Positions 39,501-48,433 of a stretch of 64,000 nucleotides of DNA are shown piece after piece (the first letter of the stretch is position 1; the number at the start of each line of letters is the position of its first letter). The stretch is taken from contig CAZJHX010000003.1 of the NCBI GenBank assembly GCA_964545715.1, positions 81,644 through 145,643 on the forward strand, in the 5' to 3' direction. Under the pieces are notes generated by a model. The model searched no databases. It was not told where the DNA came from and was given only the letters and a program-made list of their open reading frames with translations. This DNA comes from an uncultured Myxococcales bacterium (lineage in GTDB: Bacteria > Myxococcota_A > UBA9042 > GCA-2863065). A program made the translations under genes and the position numbers.

Positions 39501-40033
39501 CCCGCCTCCTCCCGATCGCCCTGGGTCTGACCGCGCTCGCGTGCTCTCCGTCGGGCGGCGGCAGAAGCGCCCCGAAGGTCAAAGCCGGCGACAGCTGCGA
39601 GGCCGGCGACAACGCGCGCTGTAGCGGCACAACCATCCTGACCTGCGAGGGCGAGACCTGGACATCCGGCCAGAGCTGCGCCGACCAGGATCAGACCTGC
39701 TCCAACGGGCAATGCGTCGACAAGCCCGCCGAACCCGCAGGCCCGACCGGCTCGGGCAGCGGCACCTGGACCGGCACCTGCCAGGGCCAGGGCACCAACG
39801 GCACCTTCGAGATGTCGATCGACGAGGCCGGCACCATCACCGGCACGTTCGCGGGCGCCGACACGGGGACCATCAGCGGTACCATCGCCGCCTCGGGTTC
39901 ACTCACCGCCTCGGCCGCGGGCCTCGCGGGCGGCTGTGATTGGACGGGCACGCTGACCGGCAACGGCAAGCTCACCGGCAACGGAAAGTGGGACTGCGGC
40001 AACAGCTGCACCGGTACGTGGCGCGCTAACTAG
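39497..40033 (+). CDS. Cys/Gly/Thr-rich lipoprotein
   Basis: Lipobox TALA-C; Cys-rich N-terminal module; ATGA overlap. Confidence 0.75.
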   Translation: MTRLLPIALGLTALACSPSGGGRSAPKVKAGDSCEAGDNARCSGTTILTCEGETWTSGQSCADQDQTCSNGQCVDKPAEPAGPTGSGSGTWTGTCQGQGTNGTFEMSIDEAGTITGTFAGADTGTISGTIAASGSLTASAAGLAGGCDWTGTLTGNGKLTGNGKWDCGNSCTGTWRAN

Positions 40034-40046
40034 ATGTGGCCGCGGA

Positions 40047-40463
40047 TCAGGTCAGGCCGATGACGCTCAGCCACTGAGTCAGCTTCTCGTCTTCGCCTTC
40101 CAGATCGACGTGTGTGATCCGGCGGATGCGGCCGTCGCGGCCGAAGATCAGGTGTTGGCAGCTGCGGAAGGTGTGGGACTGGCCCTTGTGGCCCAGGTGG
40201 CTGGCAAAAAGCAGGGTCGCCTGGCCGGAGTCCAGCTCCGTGAGGCGGTTTTCGCGCTCGACGTTTTGAAACGTGCCGTGCAGCGCCGTCGCGGACTTGT
40301 GGTATTCGGCCATGATGAGGTCCGGGCCCGTGAATTTTCGGCCGTGGATCTCGTAGACGCAGTCCGGGGCGACCAGGCGCGCCGCGCGGCGGAAGTCGTT
40401 GGTATCCAGAGCGTCCGCAAAGGACTGCGCTACCGCGCGGACGGTTCCGATGCCTGTGCTCAT
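40047..40463 (-). CDS. SnoaL/NTF2-like protein
   Basis: FADALDTNDF..LVAPDCVY, FGRDGRIRRI. Confidence 0.7.
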   Translation of the reverse strand: MSTGIGTVRAVAQSFADALDTNDFRRAARLVAPDCVYEIHGRKFTGPDLIMAEYHKSATALHGTFQNVERENRLTELDSGQATLLFASHLGHKGQSHTFRSCQHLIFGRDGRIRRITHVDLEGEDEKLTQWLSVIGLT

Positions 40464-42118
40464 GAGTGGCTCTTCTCGCAGTCTTGGGATTGGGGGCTCG
40501 CGTGGACGAGCTTTAGCCGCTTATTTTCGGCGCGGCTCTCATGGGCGTTGGTGACGTAGACCGCCGGCTCGCTGACCGGGCAGGCCCACTCACAGCTGCC
40601 GCAGCCGATGCAGCGGTCGATGTCGACTCTCGGCTGCTGCAGCATGATGGACTTGCCGTGGCGGTCCAGCTTCTCGATCTCGATGCTCCAGATCGCCTTC
40701 GGACTGGTCGGGCAGAACTCCTCGCACTTCACGCACGGGGTGTCCATGGAGTACGGCAGGCAGCGGCCCTTGTCGTAGAACGCCGTGCCCATGCGGATGG
40801 GCTCGACGCCCTCGTCCAGGTTGCCCAGGCGATCCTTGATGCTGAAGCGGCTGATCGCGCCCGTCGGGCAGACCTCGCCGCACAGGTTGCAGCGCTGCAG
40901 GCAGTTGCCCAGGCGGTACTCCGCGATCGGCGTCCACAGGCCCTCGAGCCCGGCCTCGAAGCCCGCCGGCTGCAGCACATTGGTCGGACACACCTTGATG
41001 CACTCGTCGCACTTGATGCACGCCGACAAGAACTGGTCTTCCGGAAGGCTGCCGGGCGGGCGAATCAGCTGCGCGTCGTAGGCCTTGGGCAGCCCCTGCT
41101 CGCGCGGGTTCAGGTGACTGGCCCGATTCAGTGGCAGAAATGCGGCGCCCGCAACCACGCTGCCGAACAGCTCACGTCGTCCCAGCTGAACCATGTCCTC
41201 GCTGCCTTCGGTGGGCGGCAAGAAGGCGTAGCTGAGCGCGTCGTGCGGGCAGTCGGCGATGCAGTTGAAGCACATCAGGCACTCGGACTGCTTGGTGCTG
41301 GCCTGCGGCTCAGCGGCGCCGTCGCACACCTCCACGCACTTGTTGCAGTTGGTGCACGCGTCCAGGTTGCGGTGGATGCGGAAGACGCTGAACCGGCTCA
41401 GGACGCCGAGCAGCGCCCCCAGCGGGCACAGCGCGCGGCACCAGAAGCGCGGGATGATCCGGTTGGCCAGCACGATGGCGATGAACAGCCCACCGATGAC
41501 CCAACCCCAGTTGAAGTTGAGCTGCGGATAGAGGTCTTTGTTGAGCTCGTGCGCGGCCGGGAAGATGCTGGTGGAGAAGCTGCGCACCAGCACGCAGATC
41601 GGGTCCATCAGCCCGATCTGCAGACTGCCGAACGCCGCCGAGACCAAAAAGAAGACCAGCAGGTAGTACTTGAGGTTGTACATCGGCCGCGGCCGGTTCT
41701 CGGCCATCTTCTGAGCGTCGGTCTTCTTCTTGGGAAAGATGAGGCCCGCGATGTGATTGATGATGCCCAGCGGGCAGATCCAGCTGCAGAAGATGCGGCC
41801 GAAGACCAGCGTGATGCCCACGATGACGGCGGCCCAGGCCAGCCCCAGATACAGGGTGCCGCTGCTGAGCATGGTGCCTAGCGCCACCAATGGGTCGGCC
41901 TCTAGAAAGATGCTGACCGGATAGCCGCCCATCAGGCTCTGGGTGGTCATCCCCAGCAGCAGAAAGAAGAGCACCAGGAAGAACGCCTGGTAAACGATGC
42001 GCACCTTCTTGAGCGTGCTGCCCTCAAACGTGTATCGCTTGGTCCAGGCCCGCCACGAGCGGCGCAACCGCCGGCGGGTCCGTGCTAGACGCATGATTCG
42101 TGCGTCCGGGGTCGTCAT
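40460..42118 (-). CDS. Membrane polyferredoxin (NapH/MauN-like fused to NapG/MauM-like)
   Basis: GRIFCSWICPLG, RFWCRALCPLG, several CxxCxxCxxxCP motifs, IRPPG, internal RRELF. Confidence 0.88.
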   Translation of the reverse strand: MTTPDARIMRLARTRRRLRRSWRAWTKRYTFEGSTLKKVRIVYQAFFLVLFFLLLGMTTQSLMGGYPVSIFLEADPLVALGTMLSSGTLYLGLAWAAVIVGITLVFGRIFCSWICPLGIINHIAGLIFPKKKTDAQKMAENRPRPMYNLKYYLLVFFLVSAAFGSLQIGLMDPICVLVRSFSTSIFPAAHELNKDLYPQLNFNWGWVIGGLFIAIVLANRIIPRFWCRALCPLGALLGVLSRFSVFRIHRNLDACTNCNKCVEVCDGAAEPQASTKQSECLMCFNCIADCPHDALSYAFLPPTEGSEDMVQLGRRELFGSVVAGAAFLPLNRASHLNPREQGLPKAYDAQLIRPPGSLPEDQFLSACIKCDECIKVCPTNVLQPAGFEAGLEGLWTPIAEYRLGNCLQRCNLCGEVCPTGAISRFSIKDRLGNLDEGVEPIRMGTAFYDKGRCLPYSMDTPCVKCEEFCPTSPKAIWSIEIEKLDRHGKSIMLQQPRVDIDRCIGCGSCEWACPVSEPAVYVTNAHESRAENKRLKLVHASPQSQDCEKSHS

Positions 42119-43086
42119 CCGGTGGTGACTTCTTTGAGGCGCAGCGAGCGCCAGTCCGCGGTGCCGATGCCGCGCTGGGTGGCCAGATTCAAGAACGTTA
42201 CGTCCTGGACCTTTTGCTCCAGCTCCAGGGTGCCCCAGACGTCCAGTGCCACCGGATCGGTGCCGGCTGCCACCGCGCGAGACTCTTTGACGTCACCCAG
42301 GCTGCCGCCGGTCGGTCCGTTGCGCATCAGCACGCGCTGAGCGTCCAGCACGGTCAGCGTCGGCCGAACCGCGTCCGCCAGGTCCACGATCGAGCCGTGA
42401 ATGTCCTGATGCAGCAGCCCACGGTCGCCGCCCAGAATGCCGTACCAGTTCTTCATCCCGCACGTGACGCGCGACTGCACGTGGTGCTTGACGATGGCCG
42501 CGTTGATGACCTTGTCGAAGCCCGGCAGCTCGTGCCAGACCTGCCACTTCTTGATGAGCTTGCCGCCGAAGTCGACCTTCACGTAGTCGGTCTTGGCCGG
42601 GTAGACCACGCGCGCGCCCACGCTCTCGCCGGCCGCCAGGATGCCGCTGGCCATGAACGTGGCGGCCCCGGCGTCGCACGGGCTGTCGAAGACGCACACC
42701 TCCGCAGCCCCGGCGTCAAAGCACAGGCGACACAGCTCAGCCACCAACTCGGGGTTGGTCGTGGCCGCCTGCTGCGGGATGCGCTTCCAGGCCACGTTGG
42801 GCTTGATCATCACCCGATCGCCCGCCGAGATGAACGTGTCCATGCCGCCCAGCGCCGCGATGGCCGCTCGCGTGTTGGTCACCGCCGAGCCGCCGCGCGC
42901 CACCGCCATCTGCGGATAGCTCTCGGACCGCACGACTTCGAACGACTCCAATACGTCCATCGCCCCATCAGAGCGTCGGGGCCGTCCGTACAGCCACGCA
43001 CCCGCACCGCCGACGGCCAGCGCACTGGCGCCCAGTCCGGCGAGCTGTTTCAGGGCTTGGCGACGCGTTCTCATGAATGAGTGCAT
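42115..43086 (-). CDS. DUF362 domain protein with a Tat-like leader
   Basis: TRRQALK, VMIKPN, TTNPELV, KHH..VTCGMKNWYG, GPTGG, DPVALD. Start uncertain (43074-43113). Confidence 0.85.
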   Translation of the reverse strand: MHSFMRTRRQALKQLAGLGASALAVGGAGAWLYGRPRRSDGAMDVLESFEVVRSESYPQMAVARGGSAVTNTRAAIAALGGMDTFISAGDRVMIKPNVAWKRIPQQAATTNPELVAELCRLCFDAGAAEVCVFDSPCDAGAATFMASGILAAGESVGARVVYPAKTDYVKVDFGGKLIKKWQVWHELPGFDKVINAAIVKHHVQSRVTCGMKNWYGILGGDRGLLHQDIHGSIVDLADAVRPTLTVLDAQRVLMRNGPTGGSLGDVKESRAVAAGTDPVALDVWGTLELEQKVQDVTFLNLATQRGIGTADWRSLRLKEVTTG

Positions 43087-43099
43087 CGTAGGGTGCAGA

Positions 43100-44149
43100 T
43101 CAGAGGCTCGCAAGTACTTCTTTCAGCAATAAAAGCGCCGTGTTTGCGTCTTCATAGCCGGCAACTCCAACGATTGCCGCGGCTTTACGTGAAAGCAGCA
43201 CGTTGCCCTGATAGGGGTCTGTAGCGGTAACAACGCCATCTTTTTCGGAGGCGACCGTGACCGACGCGACCAGGTCCTTGAACGCCTGGTCCGGATCCGG
43301 GGGCGCCGCGACAAACGCCTCGGACTCGTCCGCCATCTCCCCGACCAGCGTGTTGCCCAGATAGGCGCGTCCGCCCCAGCCGTTGGTGCGCACCTCGGTC
43401 GACTTGGCTTGCTTCAGCAACGTCGCGGGCGGTGCCGCGGGTTTTGGGGCGGCCTTCTTCTCGAAGGTGGCCCCCAGCGCCTCCAGCATGGTCTTGGGCG
43501 CCGCCTTTACCGCGTCGCTGTCGCCCACGCCGCTGACCACGATCCGTGCGTAATAGCGGTCCTTGCGCATTTCGCCGCCGCCCTCCCACAAGATGGCGGC
43601 CGGCTCCGCTTTGTCCGTGACGCGCACGAACAGCTTCTCTGCGTTTTCGGCCGTGCCCATGTCGAACAGCTGAATCTCGATGTCGGTGTCCGAGGTACGC
43701 GCCGTCGCAAAGTACGCGCCCTTCAGGCCGTACTCGCGGTACATCTCCGCGGCGCCGTTGATCCGGTTCCACAGTGACCCGGACGTGTAGCGCTTGCCCT
43801 TGTCGGGCCAGGTGAGGCCGTCCAGCGCCACGACCGGCGCCAGCCACTTCTCCAGCTCACCCCCGCTCGTCGACGCCGCCGGATGGGTCGCGCTTTCGGC
43901 CGGCTCCTTACCCGCGCCCGCGTGACTGCCGCCCAGCTCGTGCTTGCCATCGCCAAACACTGTGGCGTTGACGTCCATATCCTCGGCTTCTTCACGCTCG
44001 CGCTCACCGGCGGCCAGCAGCACGCCCGCGAAGGCCACCAGCGGGAGCAGTGTGCCGGCCGCGATCAGACGTGCCTTCGTGGTTCTGAAGAGGAGGGCCG
44101 CGAGCACAAGCCCCGCCGCGGCCGATCCTCCCAGGACGGCCGAGGACAT
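43100..44149 (-). CDS. DUF6599-like exported or membrane protein
   Basis: SLWNRINGAAEMYREYG..IQLFDMG pattern; upstream of the DUF362 gene. Confidence 0.6.
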   Translation of the reverse strand: MSSAVLGGSAAAGLVLAALLFRTTKARLIAAGTLLPLVAFAGVLLAAGEREREEAEDMDVNATVFGDGKHELGGSHAGAGKEPAESATHPAASTSGGELEKWLAPVVALDGLTWPDKGKRYTSGSLWNRINGAAEMYREYGLKGAYFATARTSDTDIEIQLFDMGTAENAEKLFVRVTDKAEPAAILWEGGGEMRKDRYYARIVVSGVGDSDAVKAAPKTMLEALGATFEKKAAPKPAAPPATLLKQAKSTEVRTNGWGGRAYLGNTLVGEMADESEAFVAAPPDPDQAFKDLVASVTVASEKDGVVTATDPYQGNVLLSRKAAAIVGVAGYEDANTALLLLKEVLASL

Positions 44150-45049
44150 CTAGAGCCCCTGCTCGCGCAGCGACTCGAATAAGGTGCGCTGCTCGTCGGT
44201 CAACTCACCGGGGAACTCGGGCTTGAGCGTGACGAACAACGCCCCGCGCTCGCCGTTGCGTTTGGCCGCGCCGAGTCCCCGCAAACGCTGTTGCGTGCCC
44301 GACTGGCTGGCCTCTTTCACGCGGATCTTCTTGTCGCCGTCCAGCGTGGGCACAGAGACGGTGCCGCCCAGGGCCAGGGTGCTGATCGACGTCTTCACCG
44401 TCACATACAGGTCGGCGCCCTTCCGTGAAAACTGCGGATGCGGCGCCACCTTGATATCCAGCATCAGGTCGCCCGCCGGACCATGCGGCTGCGGCGAGGG
44501 CAGGCCTTTGCCGCGCAGGCGAATCGTCTGTCCGCTGGAGATGCCGGCCGGGATCTTCACTGTGACGGCGAGCTCGCGTCCGTCATGCGCCCGAAACGCG
44601 ACCTTGCGCTGGCCGCCGAGCGCCGCCTCGTTGAACGTGACCTCGATCTGCATGCGGTAATCCTGGCCGGGGATCACCTGCCCGGGATGGAACCCCGAGC
44701 TGCGCGTGCCCCCGCCTGCGCCACCGCTGAAGATCGACCCGAACACGTCGGCGCCAAACCCCAGGTTGTTGAAGATCGAGGAGAAGTCCGTGCCGCGGAA
44801 GATGTCCTCCACGTCGAACTGCTGGCGAAATTGCGTGTGCCCGAAGCGGTCGTACTGCTGTCGTCGGTCCGGATCGCTCAGGATGGCGTAGGCTTCGCCC
44901 AGCTCCTTGAACTTCTCTTCAGCCTGGGGATCGTCCGGATTCTGGTCGGGATGCAGCTTCATCGCCTTGGCGCGATAAGCTCTCTTTACCTCTTTGGCGC
45001 TCGCGCTGCGTTCCACACCGAGCGTGGCGTAATAGTCGTTAGCAGCCAA
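44150..45049 (-). CDS. Class B DnaJ (CbpA-like, no zinc finger)
   Basis: DYYATLG, HPD, VKIPAG, GDL, LGG..VPTLDG. TTG 45049 with GGAGG upstream; the ORF-track extension to 45481 is spurious. Confidence 0.9.
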   Translation of the reverse strand: MAANDYYATLGVERSASAKEVKRAYRAKAMKLHPDQNPDDPQAEEKFKELGEAYAILSDPDRRQQYDRFGHTQFRQQFDVEDIFRGTDFSSIFNNLGFGADVFGSIFSGGAGGGTRSSGFHPGQVIPGQDYRMQIEVTFNEAALGGQRKVAFRAHDGRELAVTVKIPAGISSGQTIRLRGKGLPSPQPHGPAGDLMLDIKVAPHPQFSRKGADLYVTVKTSISTLALGGTVSVPTLDGDKKIRVKEASQSGTQQRLRGLGAAKRNGERGALFVTLKPEFPGELTDEQRTLFESLREQGL

Positions 45050-45063
45050 AGAGGGGGCCTCCG

Positions 45064-45987
45064 CTAGGGGGCGGGTGCGGGCTTGGGCGCGGCGTTCTTG
45101 AGCCGCTCGATCTGCTGCTTGGCCGTGGCGACGTACTTCTTCTCGGTGGGCAGCTGCTCGCTGACCTCCAGGTACTTCTGCCAGAAGACCAGCGCGTTCT
45201 CGGTGTCTTTCTTCTCCTCGTACGCGAACGCCAGGTTGAACAGCGCCTGGGGGTACTCGGGCTTGACCTCGACCGCCTTGCGGTACGCGTTGATCTCCTC
45301 GTCGACCTGGCCCAGCTTGTTGTGGGCGATCGCCAGGTTGTACCAGGCCTTGTGATACTTGTTGTTCTTCTCGACGGCCTTGTTGTAGGCCTCGACCTCT
45401 TTGCGAATCAGCGCCTGCTTGGCGTCCTTCTCCGGCTGCTTGGCGGCCTGCTTGCCGTACGCGATGCCCAGGTTGAACCACGCGTCAGCGACCTCACCGT
45501 CCAAGCCGATCGCCTCGTTGTAGCGCTCGATAGCCTTCTCCAGCCGCCCTTTGCGGGCCAGAAGAATGCCGAGGTTGATGCGCGCGTCGACCGCTTTGGG
45601 CTCGCTGCCGATCACCCGATCGTAGTATTCGATGGCCTTTTCGTCGTCGCCCTTGTCCTCATACGCGATTGCGAGGTTGTACAGCGCCTTCGTATATTTG
45701 GGGTCGGCGGCGATCGCTTTTTCGTAGGCGCCGATCTCGTTGTCGAACTGCTTCTTGCGACCGTACGCGATGCCCAGGTTGTACCAGGCCTCTTTGAAGC
45801 TCTCGCGCTTCTCAGTGCACTTTTGATAGTGCTCTATCGCCTTGTCGATCTTGCCTTCGTTGAAGGCCTCGTTGCCCAGCTTGAACAACTCATCAGGCGC
45901 CGGGTCATTCTGCGCCGACGCCGTAGCGGGCAGCAGCAGTGCGAAGCTCACGAATAGAGCGGTCAAATAGCTTGTTCTGCGAGTCAT
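45064..45987 (-). CDS. Secreted TPR-repeat protein
   Basis: Signal peptide ending ATASA; repeated AWYNLG/ALYNLA/ARINLG units. Confidence 0.9.
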   Translation of the reverse strand: MTRRTSYLTALFVSFALLLPATASAQNDPAPDELFKLGNEAFNEGKIDKAIEHYQKCTEKRESFKEAWYNLGIAYGRKKQFDNEIGAYEKAIAADPKYTKALYNLAIAYEDKGDDEKAIEYYDRVIGSEPKAVDARINLGILLARKGRLEKAIERYNEAIGLDGEVADAWFNLGIAYGKQAAKQPEKDAKQALIRKEVEAYNKAVEKNNKYHKAWYNLAIAHNKLGQVDEEINAYRKAVEVKPEYPQALFNLAFAYEEKKDTENALVFWQKYLEVSEQLPTEKKYVATAKQQIERLKNAAPKPAPAP

Positions 45988-46120
45988 GTCTCCCTCGGGG
46001 CGAACGAACCGCGTAACGATCGCGGATGGGGTTATCGATGTCAAGAACGCCAGACGTGCGACAGGGTCACTATCTGGGCGCCGTTGCGCGAGCACGGCCG
46101 CGCGGTTTACCCTCGGCACC

Positions 46121-47494
46121 GTGCTCAACGACCACTTGAACCTTGCACACACACTGGTGATTCCGCTGCTCTGCGCGGGTTTGGTGTCGTGCAAACCGTC
46201 GGACGAACCGCAGTTTCCGTATGGGCCCCCACCTGAGAGCTATCCGGTGATCGAGGTGTCCGTCCAGGGCGATAAATCCAGCGATGGCGATAAGCGCGGC
46301 GCCGGCTCCAAGCCGATCGCGGTGAAACCGACAGAGCCTGAGACGCCGTCCGACACCGGCGACGACGACGGGACCGACAAGCCCGCGGCCGGTGTGGTCG
46401 AGCCCGAGCCGGCGACGACCGACGGCTCTGAGTCCCCGGACACGGGCGACGATTCGGACACCGGAGATGCGACGACCGGGGAGGCCGGCATCGTGGAGAC
46501 CGACACGGGCACCGGGCCCGAAGAGGTCACGCCGGAGCCGGTCGATCCGGCTGCGATGCCCGAGCTGGACGCCGGCATCCGCGAGGCGATCAGCCGCAAG
46601 GCCAAGCGGCGCGCGCGGCTGGAGGCGCGTCGGCTGAACGGCGAGGGACTGAAGCGTCACAAGGCGCGCGATTTTGCGGGCGCTATCGATAAGTATCGTG
46701 CCGCCCTCGGCTCCGACGCCCGCTCCCGCTTCCCGCGCTACAACCTGGCATGCGCCCTGGCCATGACCGAGAAGTCGGACGAGGCGCTGCAACACCTGCT
46801 GGCGCTGCGCGAGCTCGGCTACAAGGACAAGGTCGCCGACGCCCGCATGGACAGCGACTTTGAGTCCATGCGCCAGGACCCGCGGTTTCGCAAGCTCACG
46901 GCGTATGCGCGGCTGGTCCTGATGCGGCGAAAGGCGGTGCCGTCCGGCGCCATGAAGTCGCTGGCGGGCACCCTGCGCAAGGAGGCGCGCTTTGCCGGGG
47001 ACATGGGCGGCGTCAGCCCGGTCTACGTGCAGGAGGCGACCGTATTTCATCGGCCGGGCTTCGAGAATCAGGCGCGGGCGATCGCCGAGGTGCTGTCTGA
47101 CGCTCGGGTCCGCGGCCTTCACGAGAAGCTGCTGCAGGTGGAGGCCGACGTCATCGTTGTGGTGGCGACCGAAGAGGACATCGCGGCGGCGGCGGGGCGG
47201 GCGCTGGAGCGGTTCTACGACGTCCAGCTGCACGGCAAAGGGCGCAGTGGCGAGTACTCCCTGAAGCTCAAGTCCAGCGGGTTCTTCGACGAGCGCTTCT
47301 ACGCAAAGGACGACTCGGAGACGATCAAGCGCAGCGGCACGTTCAAGGTGGCCGAGGGCAAGCTTCAGCGCAGCTATCGCGAGACCCGGGAGACCGAGGA
47401 CGACGTCTTCGGTCCGGCCGAGAAGACCGATCGCGTGCCGTTCAAAGTGGCCGGCGACACCCTCATTGTGAAGGGCGTCAAGTACCGCCGCTGA
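46121..47494 (+). CDS. Lipoprotein with acidic linker, TPR module and LytR_C-like domain
   Basis: LVS-C lipobox; RYNLACALA..EALQHL; TVFHRPGFENQARAIA..ADVIVVV. Start uncertain. Confidence 0.65.
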   Translation: MLNDHLNLAHTLVIPLLCAGLVSCKPSDEPQFPYGPPPESYPVIEVSVQGDKSSDGDKRGAGSKPIAVKPTEPETPSDTGDDDGTDKPAAGVVEPEPATTDGSESPDTGDDSDTGDATTGEAGIVETDTGTGPEEVTPEPVDPAAMPELDAGIREAISRKAKRRARLEARRLNGEGLKRHKARDFAGAIDKYRAALGSDARSRFPRYNLACALAMTEKSDEALQHLLALRELGYKDKVADARMDSDFESMRQDPRFRKLTAYARLVLMRRKAVPSGAMKSLAGTLRKEARFAGDMGGVSPVYVQEATVFHRPGFENQARAIAEVLSDARVRGLHEKLLQVEADVIVVVATEEDIAAAAGRALERFYDVQLHGKGRSGEYSLKLKSSGFFDERFYAKDDSETIKRSGTFKVAEGKLQRSYRETRETEDDVFGPAEKTDRVPFKVAGDTLIVKGVKYRR

Positions 47495-47506
47495 CGCGGA
47501 CGACCC

Positions 47507-47535
47507 TTGCAAAAAACGCCGTGCTGTGCTATGGT
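47507..47535 (+). promoter_or_regulatory. Sigma70-type extended -10 promoter for the DUF4157 gene
   Basis: TTGCAA-17 bp-TATGGT with TG immediately upstream (TGCTATGGT). Confidence 0.6.
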
Positions 47536-47585
47536 TACGCGCGTTCTAGCAGTCCTACTTGCCGCTGTTTCCAGGAGCCCGCCCC

Positions 47586-48347
47586 ATGTCCAACGACAAG
47601 GACACAAAACACCCCGACGTTGAAGAGCTCGATGAGGCGCTTGGCGCCGCCGAAGACGAGATAGAGCTCTCAGAAGACCAGGCGCGATCGATCGCGCAGT
47701 CGGGCCGGACGGATGAGATGGCGCGCGCCGCCAGCCTGGCGGTCGCGCAGGTCGAGCGGCAGAAGGACTCGCCGCAGGCGATGAGTCAGGAGATCACCCA
47801 GAAGTACCTGCAGATGGGTAAGACGCTTCTGTCGGACGGCAAAGAGCAGCACCTCAGCGGCCGCGTTCGCGATCGAGTCACCCGCATCCTGGGCCACGAT
47901 CCCGGCGATGTGCGCATTCACTCCGGTGAGCGGGCGGCTCAGGCTGCCGACGCGCTCGGCGCCCAGGCCTTTGCGGTCGGCGACAGCGATGTCTACTTTG
48001 GGCGTGGCAAGTTCGACCCGGAGACCGCCGAGGGCATGGGCGTGCTGGTTCACGAGCTGACCCACGTCGCCGACAACGCGGTGGGCGCGGCCTTCTCGAC
48101 CCAGGCCGGTAACGTGCAGTACAGCGCCGCTGAGGAGCGCGCCGAGGCGGCCGAGCGCTTTGCGGTCGATACCGAGGGCGAGGGCACGGATAACGAGGGC
48201 GAGACCGGCCACGAGATTCACGCGGCCGAAGAGGAAGCGCTGGACCTGCAGAAGCTCGAAGACGCGGTCGCTAAGCTGCTGGAACGCAGCGAGCGCCACT
48301 CGCATGACCGCACCGGCGTCAGCGGCCTCGGACCCGACCGGCGATAG
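47586..48347 (+). CDS. DUF4157 (eCIS core domain) protein, stand-alone
   Basis: LGHDPGDVRIHSG, AQAFAVG, YFGRGKFDP, LVHELTHV, EERAE. Confidence 0.85.
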   Translation: MSNDKDTKHPDVEELDEALGAAEDEIELSEDQARSIAQSGRTDEMARAASLAVAQVERQKDSPQAMSQEITQKYLQMGKTLLSDGKEQHLSGRVRDRVTRILGHDPGDVRIHSGERAAQAADALGAQAFAVGDSDVYFGRGKFDPETAEGMGVLVHELTHVADNAVGAAFSTQAGNVQYSAAEERAEAAERFAVDTEGEGTDNEGETGHEIHAAEEEALDLQKLEDAVAKLLERSERHSHDRTGVSGLGPDRR

Positions 48348-48399
48348 CGCCCACACAACCTCCTCAAAAAAAGTGAGCCCTTAACGCGCGCGCGTGCGG

Positions 48400-48428
48400 T
48401 TGTGAGCCCGCGTGCTTCGCAGTATAAG
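48400..48428 (+). promoter_or_regulatory. Candidate promoter for the giant TPR gene (possibly leaderless)
   Basis: TTGTGA-17 bp-TATAAG, ending 5 nt before ATG 48434. Confidence 0.5.
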
Positions 48429-48433
48429 GTGCA

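Noticed and set aside
45050-45481. N-terminal extension of the class B DnaJ in the ORF track
   Set aside because: Overlaps the TPR gene in another frame; TTG 45049 with GGAGG gives a normal J-domain start.
46015-46043. Perfect TTGACA upstream of the TPR gene 45987
   Set aside because: No convincing -10 at 16-18 bp spacing, so not called as a promoter.
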